Notes under the pieces: model-generated
What the model was told of the DNA's origin: nothing
What the model saw: the letters and a program-made list of their open reading frames with translations, nothing else
Database searches by the model: none
Shown: positions 40,701-55,700 of the stretch, one piece after another
Layout: every line of letters starts with the position of its first letter
Position numbering within the stretch: the first letter of the stretch is position 1
From: Chrysomallon squamiferum
Taxonomy: Eukaryota; Animalia; Mollusca
Assembly: GCA_012295275.1 (NCBI GenBank)
Contig: CM022675.1
Coordinates: forward strand, 16,864,001-16,928,000
Direction: 5' to 3'
DNA length: 64,000 nucleotides
Made by a program: the position numbers and the translations under genes

Positions 40701-43700
40701 GGTGAAGGCAGCTATGTGAACTGATTTCACACTAAAAGAGAGAGAAAGAGAGATCAGTAATGTCATAATTAATACAAACACGATTAGTAACTTGCACATC
40801 TAGTGTAGTGATTGAAATAAATCAGTTTTATCACTGTAAAAGATATGTCAGTCCATCCCTTTGTAGTCTCCTTGATTGTGATCATTTTAATAGTGGATGC
40901 CTATAAAGTTCTGTAATCAGATATTCGAATGACATGACTACTACACTTGGTGGTTATATCCTCAGGCCTCGTTGTCAAATTTTTCTGCTACCTTTCCAAG
41001 TGTAATTGGGCCCTTTATACTTCATTATTAATTAGAATTTGAAGGTAGCAAACAAATAAAATATAACTTATATAGAATACAAAATATATTTAGATTATTT
41101 CTTCATATCTTCATAGATACATTTGAAGAAAGTATTATTATTATTATTATTACTATTATTACTATTATGATGATTATTATTATTATTATTATTATTATTT
41201 AATTATTAAAACTTAATTTGTTAACCCTCCAGTCCTCATTTTATATCATCTGTTCTCTGAGATCTTCATCACAATTGTCAGTAAGAATGTAAAAATGAAA
41301 TATGCAATATGCGACAGGTATTTATAGAATAACTGTGCTATGTAAACAGCATAACCTAGTGTCCTATATGGATATGTTTAAAATATATGTTGTAATTGTT
41401 CTGCAGATGCTGGGAGAAGATGCTGACTTAAAGAAAGTCCAGACACTGGAAAGGGTTGAAAAGTTTCTCAAAAGTGTAACCAAAGTTGTCCTTCAGAAAT
41501 TATCAGAGTATGTTTAAAATCTATTGTTACTATCCTGCCTCTAATACTTCTTAATTAATAAAAATTATTTAAATGAATCCTTTTTATTTTAAATAGTAGA
41601 ATAATTAACATGCATTGTGAGCTTAAACTTTATTATCCTTTTCCAAAATTAGAAATACGTTTGCTTTGGGTTGTTTCCAATTGATTGTGTTTTTTTCAGA
41701 CAGCTACAGTTTACTACATTAAACCATGATTTATATCTAAGCTGGTATATATCTATGCCATGTTTATGTTAAACAGACATCTAAAACTAAAAAGAAAAGT
41801 ATAGTTTATTAAATTCTGACTACTTTGGAAAGCATTTTTGTATTTTCTTCAGTGATATCATTTTCTAAATAATTAGGTCTCTCCATAGTAACATAAAATT
41901 ATGTGTCTTTTATGGTTTTAAATACATTTCTAATAGAAATATTTATACTGACAGTTTTGAAAAATAATTTATATGATTGTTTTTAATTATATGACTCTTT
42001 ACAGAAAACTAGGATTATGTTCTTACTGTAGTACAAAAAATGAAATACCTTCAACCATGCTCCCATGTCAACATCAGATATGTCAAAAATGTTTCAATGA
42101 CATGCTGGCTTTCAAAAGTAATAAATGTCCAGTGTGCTCTCATAAAATACCAGCTGGTTTTGACAGGTTTTCATCTTCAGAACACAGGTAATTCTTGTAG
42201 TCTTGAAAAATAATATTTCTCTCTCTGAAGCTTTTCTTTCATTCCTTTCTTTTTTTCTCTTTTGGACTGGTAGTTATGTAATTTAATTTGACTACATCTC
42301 TGTTTTAGTAACAAAATGGAATTTTGCCTAAAAAAATTCCTAATAATTTTATGATTTTACTTTAGATATAGAAACATACAAACATTAAAAGGATTATTCT
42401 AGATTTAGAATGATGCAGAAGAATTTTGAATTAATACAGATATTATCTGAAATGTAATTTTTTTTTTCAATGCTTCTGAAGGGATGTATTAAAAGAATAT
42501 GAATCCTACCAGAAATGTTGCAACACCTTCCTCATGGCAATTGTTTCAAACCTTTGTTTTGGAGGAGACACAGCTCCAGAAAAAGCAGTCATTGATAAAA
42601 TCCTAAGTTATGTCACAAGAAAGACATCAGCAGTAGAACCTGGTGATTCTCAAAGACTTCAGACAAAACAAATGACTGTGTTTGATGATTTTGTTGTTCC
42701 AATTCCAGTTGTGAGATCATTTACATTGCAGTTGCTCATTCACAAAAGGTACTGCTTAAAACAAATAAAGTAAAGAAATCATAAACATGAAAGTTTAATA
42801 TTTCATGAATATGTATTTAAAATTCAATTAGATCAAGTTTCAATATAGATTTTAAAATGTAATTCACACAGGTGCACATATTAATGGATTATGAAAAAAA
42901 TATTTGTACACCCCTTTTTTAATTAATTTTTTTCTATATTAATAACAATACATATATAATAAGGATTATGACTGAAATAAATAAATTAATACAGTTCTGA
43001 ACATTCTTTATTGTTTAAAATAAGATTTTAAAAAAACATTTCATGATGGTTCATGGAAAATCCTGAATAAATTCACTAGTAATATATATGTGTGTGTATA
43101 TGTGTTTTTGAATGTGTGTATGTGTGTGTGTGTGTTTATTATTATTTTTTTGAAATAAAATTGAAGTAATTTAAATACATGGGATAGCTTTCTGTTACTG
43201 GTATTTAATGTGTTTTTGAAAAATTGAAAGGAATAATTAGTGATTTATGACATTATTAAAATAAATATCAAAGAAAAGCAAATATCACTAATGTGGTAAA
43301 AAGGATTGATTTCCAGTCGTGTACTAAATACAAACAGAACAAATAATATATCCAAGTAGGTAAAAAGCATTGACTTCCAGTCTTGTACTAAATACAAACA
43401 GAACAAATAATATATCCAAGTAGGTAAAAAGCATTGATTTCCAGTCTTGTACTAAATACAAACAGAACAAATAATATATCCAAGTAGGTAAAAAGCTTTG
43501 ATTTCCAGTCTTGTACTAAATACAAACAGAACAAATAATATATCCAAGTAGGTAAAAAGCATTGATTTCCAGTCTTGTACTAAATACAAACAGAACATTG
43601 ATTTCCAACTAAATACAAACAGAACAAATAATATATCCAAGTAGGTAAAAAGCATTGATTTCCAGTCTTGTACTAAATAAAAACAGAACCAATAATATAT

Positions 43701-46700
43701 CCAAGTAGGTAAAAAGCATTGATTTCCAGTCTTGTACTAAATACAAACAGAACAAATAATATATCCAAGTAGGTAAAAAGGATTAAAATAACTTTTTATT
43801 TCTTCTAACACCCCCACCCGAAAAAAAAGAAATCTTATTATTATACTTCTATTAATAAACTGAAAAAATATTAATGTTAATTACAGCTTCTAAGTTGACA
43901 AGGTCAAGGTTAATATTGGTTTTAGTTCTGGTTTTATTGGGATAATTTATGCAGAACTGAATGTATTGTTGGAGCATCAAAGCAGCAATATTGAACAGGA
44001 AAGCATGTCACTCATTGGCCAACCTAATCAAAACAACGTTGATAGTGTTTTAATTTCAATAATGAGCAAAGTTTTACAGAGTATAGGACAAAACTGGCAT
44101 AAACCGAAAATGGGTTACATAAGGATGATTTTATGTGAACTTGAAGCAAAAGAAATCGTGATTTGCCAATTTGGGTACTGTTATTTACATTAAAACATTT
44201 ATAAAATAAAATAAAATAACTAAACCAAATCAATTCAAATTTTTTATTACTGGATTACCTCATTTCAACTCCAAGCCATAAAATACAGATATCCCCAAAA
44301 TCTGTTTTCTATTTTTTTTTTTTGATCTGTAAAATATTGAAATTTGAGAGGGTTTGTGTTTTAGGTGATTATGATACAGATAAAAGAATGAACCTACATT
44401 AATAATTCAGAGTGGCCAATTTAATACAAAATTAAAATGTTTAAAATAGGCATTTATATGATTTAGATTTTGGATAACATGTCTAAGATAAAAGGCAGTT
44501 TGGTGGGAAATACCAAATTAAGACACTTTACTTTGTAATTTATTCAAATATAATCATAGAAAATTTTATTTTAAAAATTCAATGACAATGAAAAAATATA
44601 TATATTTTAGATATGGTAGTTATTTCCATGAATTAAGTTTTGTTGTAGAATTTGTAAACTTTAGTGTGTTCACTGTAGAATATTTAAAATAGAACAAAAA
44701 AAGTATTAAATTTAGATTTTTTCATTATTTTTTTTTTAAATTAGTGGTGACCATGTTAAACAATACCTTGAAGAATTTCTCCAAGAAGTTGATAAAATGT
44801 GTCATCAACAGCTTCAAGACAGTTCTGGAATGCTGCAGTTCTGCTTGATGGTTATTCAGTGTCTTGAGGTACAAAATACATTCATTGCAATTGTATTAGC
44901 TAGTTCTGTGGAGATAAGTAAAAATAATGATGTGAGCATTGTTTAAAATTTAAAGAATGCCTTTTCAAGGTAATCTAAGAGTAAACATCATAACAGTCAC
45001 TAATATTCTAGTTTTAGATAAGGAAATCCTTAGTATTTTGACTAGTTTGATTACCATGAAGTGAAAATTCAATCAGTGTTGTATAAATCTGTGCCAGTTT
45101 GTGAGACAAGCAGAAATTTGACGGTGAATGGTTGATGGCTGCTGACATTGAAATAAGACATGCTCTAAAGGACAGGACCAAAGAAGGGAAAGGTTAGGGC
45201 CATGTTAATGTGGCGATTTTTTGTGCCTGGAGGTATTTGGTAATTTGTGTGCCATGGTGTTATCATGGTGAAAGCACAAAGCATCATCACAGTGTCCAAA
45301 AGGCACAGCATTGCTGCCAAGATATTTCATGATAGTACTGATCAACTGACACATCCACTGACAATGTGCAATGATGTTTGACCTGTAACTGTGATACTGA
45401 TGCCACATTGTGTTGCATTTGTCATGAAGTCCAATGTGAATTTGGATTCATCAGAAAATATGACATTACTCCATCGCTGAATATTCTGACATGGTTCATA
45501 CTTCTTTTCAGCTTATGCAATCAGTTTGTCCAGAATTATAAACGTGAAATGGAATATCCCTTAACATTTTTTATAGTATAAATGCTTCAAAGTGAAACTT
45601 TTTTGTTTACAGAATCAGCTTTATGAAAGTGCTGCAAAGGAGAAATCAGATGAGAATGTTATGAATATTGTTATACAGTCACTAATGACAGCAGTTCAGA
45701 TAATTGAGTTACCAGCTACCAACATGCAGAAATTATATGCTATTGCTCATGCAAGGTTTGGTTTGGTATCTGTAGCCAAATATCTTCAAAAAGTCATAGT
45801 TGAAAAAACAGACACAGTTTCATCTGTCTTCGACAAAATGATCGAGCAAGCCAGAAATTTAATACAAAAGGAAAACTTTGAATGGCCAAAGTAAGTTGGA
45901 CAAAATGTTTAAACAGCCCCACCAATAACCCCTCCAACAAATAATCCAGTTTTCATTTATTCATCATTGTCCTTACTCTTGTGATTAACAGATAATATAC
46001 CAGTTTCACAGTAACGAGTAAGAAATTATAATAAAATTACAAACAAAACAAAAGTCTGATAAAACTTACAGTCTAAAATTAATATTTCATACACAAAGAA
46101 ACCAAACGTTCATAAATACTGAACATTTTTTTAATCTGCATAAAATAAATTAACTGTAAACATCACACATATAAGTTACATAAAGGATATTTTAAGAATT
46201 TCATATTGACAAAGTGTAACTGAAAAACTAACTGAAAATCAATGGTACATATATATATATATATATATATATTTGTTTTTTTTTTTTTCAGAAAAAGCAC
46301 AAATGAATTAAGATTATATTTCATTTACCTTGAACTATATAATGAAGAATAAACAGTTAGATGAGACCACTTTTAAAAATAAAAAAAGAACATGAGTTGA
46401 AAGAGGCTAATTATGCACTTGCAAATTGTTTCTGTGTTTTTAACCTATATTTTTTTTTATTAAAATTTAATTTTGAAACATTTGCTTTCGATTTTTAATT
46501 TTCTTAGCTGTAGATTCAATGATATATATATACTGATAATTATCATAAATGTGAAGTTTGTAATTGTCAGTTAATTGTTACATTGGTGTACTAAAACGTA
46601 AAAAGCTTTTTTTCCTTCCAAAAAGAACATTTTTAGTGAAACAACTCTGCTGGGAACATGGAAGTGACAGCTACATCACCATTTGTCAGTGGAATGGAAT

Positions 46701-49700
46701 CCCAGCCATTGCTCTCGATGAAGATGTAAGTATCTTTGTTTAAAAAAATTATAATTGTGGTAGAAAAGGATGTTCCTAAGGAATAAAAGAAAAGAGGGTA
46801 ATTTTTCTCTCTGAGCTACCTTCAACAGGTTTTTGAGGTAAGGTGTGTTAAATTTTTAAGTTCCAAATTAAAAACAAAGTTATTCATAGATACAGTTAAA
46901 TGTGATTGTTGTTATTATTTTTTTATGATTTATTCTAGAAAAGCATCACGTTCAACTAATCGTTTGATGTGATTGATAACTGCTTATTTTAACTGTATCA
47001 ATTCTCCATGTAGAAGATTTGATAGACAAATGTTATAATAGTAATGAGGTCATGCAGCAAAAATAACAGAAATGTTCAACAAATACAAAGAGAAATAATT
47101 ATTAATAAGCTGTTTCATTATAATAGTTTTATTATCAGTTCATTCTTATTTTAAATCATTTGTTTTTCAGATGAAAGAATGTGTCGACAGATTCGTAGTT
47201 TATCCTGACTATAAGAAAATTCGGGACATTATATATAAAATCTCTCTTAATGAATCTACTGAATTTGAAAATGAACTGAATGTAAGTATATCATATTATC
47301 AAGTTAAAACTGATTAAAAAAAAATAATAATAAATAATATTTTAAGAAATGAGTGTATCTTTGTGTTTACATTCACACCCCATTCACCCCTGAAGTTCAC
47401 CAGGATGATGCTGCCTATCTGCTGATACAAGTTTTGAAAGTTTCTCATGTTTTTATTCAAATATTATATGCCTTGTATTAAGAATTTTTCTCTCTGTGTA
47501 TTTGTTTAATATTTGTTACTCCATATGTAAACAACTTTATTTCAGGAAACTGGCAGTCAACTGAAAGAAATGTATTTGTTCCTTTCTGTCTACCGTGCAG
47601 TGACACTGAAATATGTGGCTGAAAATGAAGATTTGGTATGAAATACACATTGCCAGTTACCATTTTAAACTAATGTAGTTATTTTATTATATTCATACCT
47701 ATAGATAGACAGATAGATAGATAGATTCTGCAAAAACCAGCCTGTAGACTAATCTGGATTTCTACATAAACTAGCAAAGTCCCATCCAGCATTTGTTAAT
47801 CTTTTATGAACCAAACCTAATCCAGAAGCCTGTCTACTTCAGAATCCATGTGTAAATTCCAGAACAAAAGAACAGTTTACAAAATAATTAGCATTGCTAA
47901 CAATGGCACACACTTTTGTAGTACAATCACTTCTTAAACAATGATGACAGTTTGTACATAATGAGATGAAATGATCATGCTTATTTGAAGGCTTAATTAA
48001 CAATGATGCCATGCTTCTTGTAATTACTATATGCAGCTAGATGAACAAGATTATTATCAGTGTGTATTGATGCCTAAGTGAATTGAGTCATTTAGTTTTG
48101 CATGTCGTATTAGTTGCAGTGGCAGAGCAATCTAAAACACAGCAATGTATCAAATTTCAGTGCAGTCTGAAGTGAAATTAATAGAAGAGTTTTCCTCAGA
48201 TCCACAAAGTAAACAGAAAGATTAGTTATGCAATTTAAAAATTACCTCTACCAGCAGTTGTACAAAACCAACATTTCAGCAGAGAGAACTGACAGACAAA
48301 TTCAAAAATTCAAATGAATAGACAATACCCACAAATCATTGTATACTGACGTTCTTAAAATGAAAAAACAAATTGAAACTTTTGCTGCTACTGTTGAAAG
48401 TTGACTTTTGCAACCAATGCTAAACATTGATGCAATGACAGAGGAGTTTGCTTTGGAGAGAAATGTGAAAAGAAAATGTAGTCAATGATGACAGACTATT
48501 TCTCAGCTGGCACTTGTAATAAAACTCATTCCAATTTCATGTCAATTTAATCTTGATGACTTTATTATTGCCCTCATAAACTTTACCCAAGCCAAATTTA
48601 TTTCACATACTTTTATCTAGACATTTTTCCTTTCTTTTGTGGAACATAATAGACTTATATATATATATATTATCCAATGTGGCCTTGCAAAGACTAATTA
48701 ATGCATTTTAACTATATCTCTATTTATGAGTTTCTGTTTAAAATCCTGAGTGAAATTTTGCTTTGAATCAAACAGAGTTGGTTCAAGTTTCATGCATGAA
48801 TTTAGTCCTTTAATTTTTTTAATCTATTTATTTATGTTGGTGACTGTTTTCCTATTTAGAAAGCAAACATTCCCTGCATGATTTCAGGAAAGCATTTCCA
48901 AACTTTAAGCACCACAGAACAGTTCTTTGCAGTATTTCTGTTATTCAAACAGATCAGTGAATCTGGATTCAGCATTTCAGAACTGAAGGCACAGAAAACA
49001 AATATGCTGTACAGTTTGCAGACATTTAGACATATGCAGCTTTAGGATGTTAAATGTTTTGTGCAGATTGTTACATGAGTGAAACAGAAAGCAAATGTGA
49101 ACATCATTGGCTTTTTGAAGTTAGTTTCAAAGTCCTTTTAGCCAATACACTCATATTAATATATAACTAAATATATAATTAAGCCTATATTTTAATAAAT
49201 TTCAAGTCTGCAGTTGTTTATACTGTAAAATAACAGGAATTTCAGTGGCTTTATATTTCATTTGTTTTAGGACAGAGCTAAGAATGCCATTAAAAGATTT
49301 GTTGACCTCACAGAAAGTATAACAGACAAGGTAAGTTTATTAAGTGAAAAAATATTTTATACATAAAATTCTAAAAAGATTGATGGATACTTCCTGTACA
49401 TACTGTTCTTCTTAATCCTCAGTAATTTTTAAAAGTGTAAACTGTTCTTAGTGCTGTATTAAACTAATTTGACAAGGATCTGATGTAAATGATAATTATT
49501 ATATTTTCACCTTCTAATTTGTTTCATAGGATCTTCTTCAGCGTCTGTTGGAGAACAGGTTTGGACAACACACTCCAGTTTTGAATGTACAGACAGGTCA
49601 GAGACTGAGAGATCAAAGCATTCTCTGCTTACTTTTTCATTTGTCACTTGTTCTCAAAAATTGTCAGGAAATCAAGAACTTTATCTATCCATTGATTGCT

Positions 49701-52700
49701 ATGGCTACAGATCCAGCTAATTTCACTGTAAGTGTGATCCTGGTATCTTTTTGTTTTCTTTTTATTTGTTTTAAATTATATTTTACTAGCTGAGTCATAG
49801 AACACTTGTCAAGTAGAAATATGATCACAAAATGTCTTCATTAGTGAACCTGTTCAGTCATTCAGGCCAAACTGCAAAATGTGTAAATTCCCTTTTATTT
49901 TTCTAAATAGCTATTAAGTGCATAGTTCAATAATATTTTAATTTCTGTCAACATATTATGCAAAATGGTTTTGACAGTCAGCAGGCAAACTGAAATATTT
50001 TATAAAATATTTAGAGAACTGTGAAATATGCATAAATCCAATATGCATAAAATGTGACTTCACAGAAAATATTAAGCACTTAAATAAAATTAATAAGAAT
50101 ATTATTTATTTTTGATTTTACAAGCTAACTGGGATATATATTTCTTTGATATTTTTTTTATATTGTATTTCATGACATGTGGAAATACAATACCATAAAA
50201 AAAAAACACTTAAGATACAGTTAATGTTTGTTGGAGAAAATCCCTTGCAATTAGGGGCAGTGAATTGTCATATTCCAGATAGTGCACTGATATCATAAAA
50301 GTAACATGTGGTGATATAAAATTTTCCAAGATTATATACAGAAGTAACATATTACTTCATGAAACACTTTATATTTTGATCACAGTGTTGTCCTCATTAG
50401 TGAAATAATATTTTTTTTCATCCTCAATAACAAAAATTTTATACACCATATTATGGATGGGTCATGTTAACTAGATCCAGTTCTTAAACTATGGCAGGCA
50501 TTGAATTCCCTTCACAAATTGTATGGTTATTTCAGCCAAAGAAACAACACAGAAGTAATGATACTTTTCCTTCTGTCTGCAAGTTTCAGAAAGAACAATA
50601 CCTGTTTGTTGAAATGAAGACCAACATTATCAACTTGATAATTTTAAATGGATGGATTAGGAACCAGAGTTTTCATCTTATAAAGAAAATAATGTTTGAG
50701 CAATAGCAACCTTTTACATCAATATGATCATCTGTTATTAATAAAAAAGGTTATAAAATTTATCTGGCACAGAAACATAGATAAAATAATTTTAATCATT
50801 AGATTTGCATGGTAGGAATCTTTTTGATATGCATAAGAAATGCTCTGAAACCAACGGTCTGATACCAGACAGTATTACAAGACAATAAGAAAAGAAAGTA
50901 AATAATTCAGTGAAATATTTGGATTATTTCAGTAGTTTACTGGGATGTTTGGACCAGACTTATAAATAGTTGGAAAAGCTAATAATGTGCTTCATGTCAG
51001 ATTAAGCATCCTTTAAAGCAAGAATATGATCCAGATTCCCTGCAGTTAAATGAACACAAATGTGATGTTACACATACCTGTAACAATATTGAAGGAATAC
51101 TCATTCTTGTTTATTTCCTTCTTTTTTTCATGAATTGCTTTTAATAAATATATATATGATGTATTCTTCAAAACTATTTCCTTCTTTTTTTCATGAATTG
51201 CTTTTAATAAATATATATATGATGTATTCTTCAAAACTATTTCCTTCTTTTTTTCATGAATTGCTTGTAATAAATATATATATGATGTGTTCTTCAAAAC
51301 TATTTCCTACCAAAAAATATTTAGCATTGATAATTGATGTTTAGGGCGTGCACACTAAAACTGCCAGGTGACAACTTCTTATTGAACCAACAATAAATAC
51401 TATATACTTTCACAATTAATTATTTCTAATTGATCCATATGTTATTAGCCTATTCCTAACATGATAATATATATAGATATTAAAAGGGCAACACAACTGT
51501 AATTTGACTTAAAACAGCCATATCTTCTTCTTTTTATAGTTGATATGTTGAATTCTTTGGGTTTTGTTGGGACATTCATATCTGCATTAAATTGTTTATG
51601 CCTTTCATTCATGTTTCTATCTGATCTAGTTACAAAGATTTGAAGAAAATAGATTTGGTGGTGACCATCTTGGATTTAGCCTCTTACCACAAACTGCTCA
51701 AGGGTGAGAAGATGTCACCCGACAATTTCACTATGTGTTTGCTCTAAACATCAATTATCAACAACAAAACACTTTAGACACCAAAATGAGAGTAAGCACA
51801 AATATGGTATTCATTTGTTGGACTATTATGATATTTGCAGATATTATATTCAGTTATTTTTTGTTTGTTTTTGTTCTTCTATTTTTAATGCCATTTCTTC
51901 TAAATTATAGGATGCTTTTTTGCCAACAATGCCACAGGAGGATTTGGCAGTGATGCTTAAAACTGTTCATCAGGTGCAGTCGCAACAACAAGCTAAATTT
52001 TATAGTAAGTACATGTTTTATATGGTGAACATAGGTTGAAAAAACTACCGAAAATATTTCCTTCTTTATTTAAAATTAAATATTTTGAAATAAAGGCTGA
52101 TATGTATTTTTATTCACTGTCTTACAATTATGATGATCAAACTGTAATTTAATTGAACATAAAATAATTGTTAAAACTTTGGAGGATGTAAATCTATTTG
52201 AAATTTATTTATTTAATTGAAGATTATTCTTCTTTCTTCTTCTTCTTCTTCTTCTTATTATTATTATTATTATTATTATGATTATTTTGTGATGTATAAA
52301 AATTTAATTATTTAAAACTATTAATCTGATATATAATACTCTTTTCCATAGTTAAGGTAAGGACTTTTCAGGCATTTGTGATACTTGTCATTCTTATTTT
52401 TTTTTTTTTTTTCCTCACAAGTTTTGATAATAAATTCAAATAGAATGTTGACCATTTAATGGTAAATTTATAGAGTGAAGAGTGACAGCTCTCGTGTTCC
52501 TGATAGCAACATTATGTTATGCCAGTATTTTGAGCACTGTTAAATGAAGACAATAATTATATAACTACTTGGCAATTTAACAAACACAGCAACAGAAAGA
52601 TAAATATAAGTACTGTTATTTCCAGACATGTTTACAAAATATTTTGCTGCTCCTAATTTGAAAGAAACTGAAGCTATCTTTGTAAAAGTATTTGAATTTC

Positions 52701-55700
52701 CTTTTGTATAACTGTGCAACAAAAAATTAGGTTTGAGACATACATTTTTGTTATGTGACACACACATACATACACACTTTATTATTAAAGTAAATTAGGA
52801 TACTTTTAAAATATATTAATTCTTTCATGATAAAAACATTAAAAAGGAGTTGGTTCAAGTTTTATTTTTATTTTATATTATTTTAAATTATTTATTTACT
52901 TATTCTTTTTTATTTCTTTTTTATCTTTTTTTTAATTTTATTTATTTATTTATTTATAGTTATAATTTTTTTTTTTTTTTGTATATTAATTTATTTACAT
53001 ATTTTATTTTATTTATGCCTCAATTTAGAAAATAAGTCATATAATACACTAGAGTTAAATAAATTATATGTTTTTATTTATATTTTATCCATTTCAGGAT
53101 GTCCAAATGGCCATGTGTACTGCATTACTGAGGTTTGTTTTTACTGCTACTAAAATGTCTGTATGCTTGAAAATGTATATTCATTTACTCAAATGTTTTT
53201 GTTCTTAGACAGCTAAGCCATCAGCTTCATTTTTCTTTTTACTTTTCTTTTTAAAGTAAAATTTGATCCACAGGATCAAGGATTTAAGACAAATAAGTGA
53301 AAGCTAAATGTCCTTGGTTAAATTCTTTTTCTTAATTAGTATTTCTTTTGCTGATTTATAAATTTATAACAGCAACAATTTTTTGATTTTTCCTAATTTC
53401 AGTGTGGCATGGCAGTCTCAGAAGATAAATGCAATGAATGTGGTGAAAAAATAGGTGGAGTTTTGCATGAACCATTTGAAGGAAATGTGCTGGATTCAGG
53501 GTACTTATGAATGTTATGTTTTTTTAAATTAAGTCTCCAACCTTATCAGAGTGATTTTATGCATTGAAATAAAAAACACATTATTAAGTCTTATTTTTCA
53601 AATTTGAAGTTTAGTCTTTTCATTTATTAACTTTATTTAACTTTATTACTTTGACTTACCAAACTAAGAAAAACTGAAGTCACCTGCTTTAAATATTTAC
53701 CCTGTGTCTTAGGATTAGAGAAAATCTGATTTCCAGTTATTTATCTTACAATTAAAAAAAGGCATTGTAATCTCCTTAAGAATTAGTAATTATTTGTTCA
53801 AAACCATCCCATATTACTGTAAAACTTGAAAGAAATAGTGTTGAAAAAGCTTTATTATAATTTAATATTATTTCACAACATTTATTTTAGAACTGATCAG
53901 ACAAAAAAAGGCCATTGCCTTGGTGATTCCAGCCAGAGATCAAACATCCCACTACCTGAACGTAAACTGAGTGGGGGGGCGTGTGCTGTGTTCAGACTGC
54001 TCACTCACACAGCCCTGCTCCTGGGCTGTGATGTCAACTTAGAGGTTAATTTATTAAACCTTATTAGCAAGAAACAAAACCCAATCTCCAAGTCTGTTAT
54101 AAAAAATAATTATTCTGACAGGTGAAAAGAATTTTTAAAAAGAAAGTAAATATTTGACATAATGGACATGCTGTGTTTGATGGAAAAACACAGATAATAT
54201 TGGCTTTTGCACTGAAATGACAGTTATATACATATTTGAACAATTTGTTGTTTATGTTATAGAATGTTGCTTCACTGATGAACCCTGTTTGTTCAGGGTT
54301 CAGTTTAAACGTATAAAATGTCATGTTAAAACAAACATAAATTGTGGTATTGAAGTGATGCTGGTTTAAAGTATGCTTACTTGTTGTTAAAGGGTTTCAC
54401 TGAATTTAACAAGCTGCTATATTCTGTATTAGAGATTTCTGTTTTGGTGAAGATAATTATAAAATAATACATTTTGCTTTGAACATAAGTTTAATTTAAT
54501 TAAAGCAAAAATGTTTTGCCAACAAAAGAGTCTAACTATGATCTACAGCTATTGGTATGTTATTGTCTTACAGAAAGTTGCTTCAGTGATAACTCCTGCT
54601 GTACCAGATGTACCCCTGTTTCTATGGAATCACATTCTGAAAGATATAGAACAACTTCACAAAGGTTTTGGGAAAAACGTGGATGACATTTTCTTGCTGC
54701 TTCACTTCCTGCTTAGTCAAATCGATGATGAGAAACAAGGTGCATGATTTTAACATATTTAGTTTTCATCACTGACTGATCAAATCTGTATTTATTTCAT
54801 CCTTGTCCTATTCCCTTTACATCTTTTCTGCTTTAATGCAAATTACTTTCATTTAATTATTTTTGAAGTGACAATGTTCACTTCCAAATGGATTCTTATT
54901 TGTTTTGAAAGTATTTCAATTTAGTTCTGTGAAAAAAAGCCTTAATTCAATTATTTGTAATATATTTAGTTTAATTGGATGTAATGCCTACATGCATTAA
55001 TGGATTTCTGTTTCATAAATTCAGTAGAGGGGGTTCTGATAAATATTAATTATTTCTTTTTGCTGATAATATTATCATATTTTAAAAGAAAGTGAAGGTA
55101 AACTTAATCACTATTTAACAGTAGTTTTTCTCTGTTACTGATTGTGCTAAGTTTCTAAATTTGACTGGCTGCTCTAATTGTGCATTCCATTAATTTTTTC
55201 TGTTCATTCTAGTATCTCCCTAATCTATGATTTTAGCTAATTAAACTCATATTCCAAAATAACATTGTTTTAAACTGTCTGTGTAAACACTCATTCCTTG
55301 TTGTCATACCTTTACCAGACATTGTGACCATGGGATGAAGTGTCAAAATACAGAGCATTTAATGCAAGTTCACTTAATTCTGTGCATTGTGCAGTACTGA
55401 GTTAGATGTGTTTGTTCAAATATTTTACAACTGTTTTAATGTTTTAAAAAAAAATAGTAATCATTATTATTATTTTCTTTCAAAATATCAAGACATTTCT
55501 GTCCCAGCAAATCCTGTCATGTTGTCATCTAAAGAAGAAAGAGAATCTTGGGAGGAAACATTTGCTGATGTTTTTATTTATCCAGTTTTGCAGGTATTGC
55601 TATGTGAAAACAATTGAATAATATTTAAAAAAAAATAAAATAATAAAAAATAAAATAAATAAATAAATAAAAACAAAAAAAAAATTACAGATTTTTATTA

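Noticed and set aside
43296-43784. CRISPR-like array, also considered for 22249-22356, 34411-34582 and 51111-51308
   Set aside because: Units are head-to-tail without unique spacers, no cas genes are present, and the context is a eukaryotic intron.
43966-44193. 75-aa plus-strand ORF in an intron as a possible extra exon
   Set aside because: Flanking exons 42748 and 44745 already join in phase with continuous RNF213 similarity; no homology seen.
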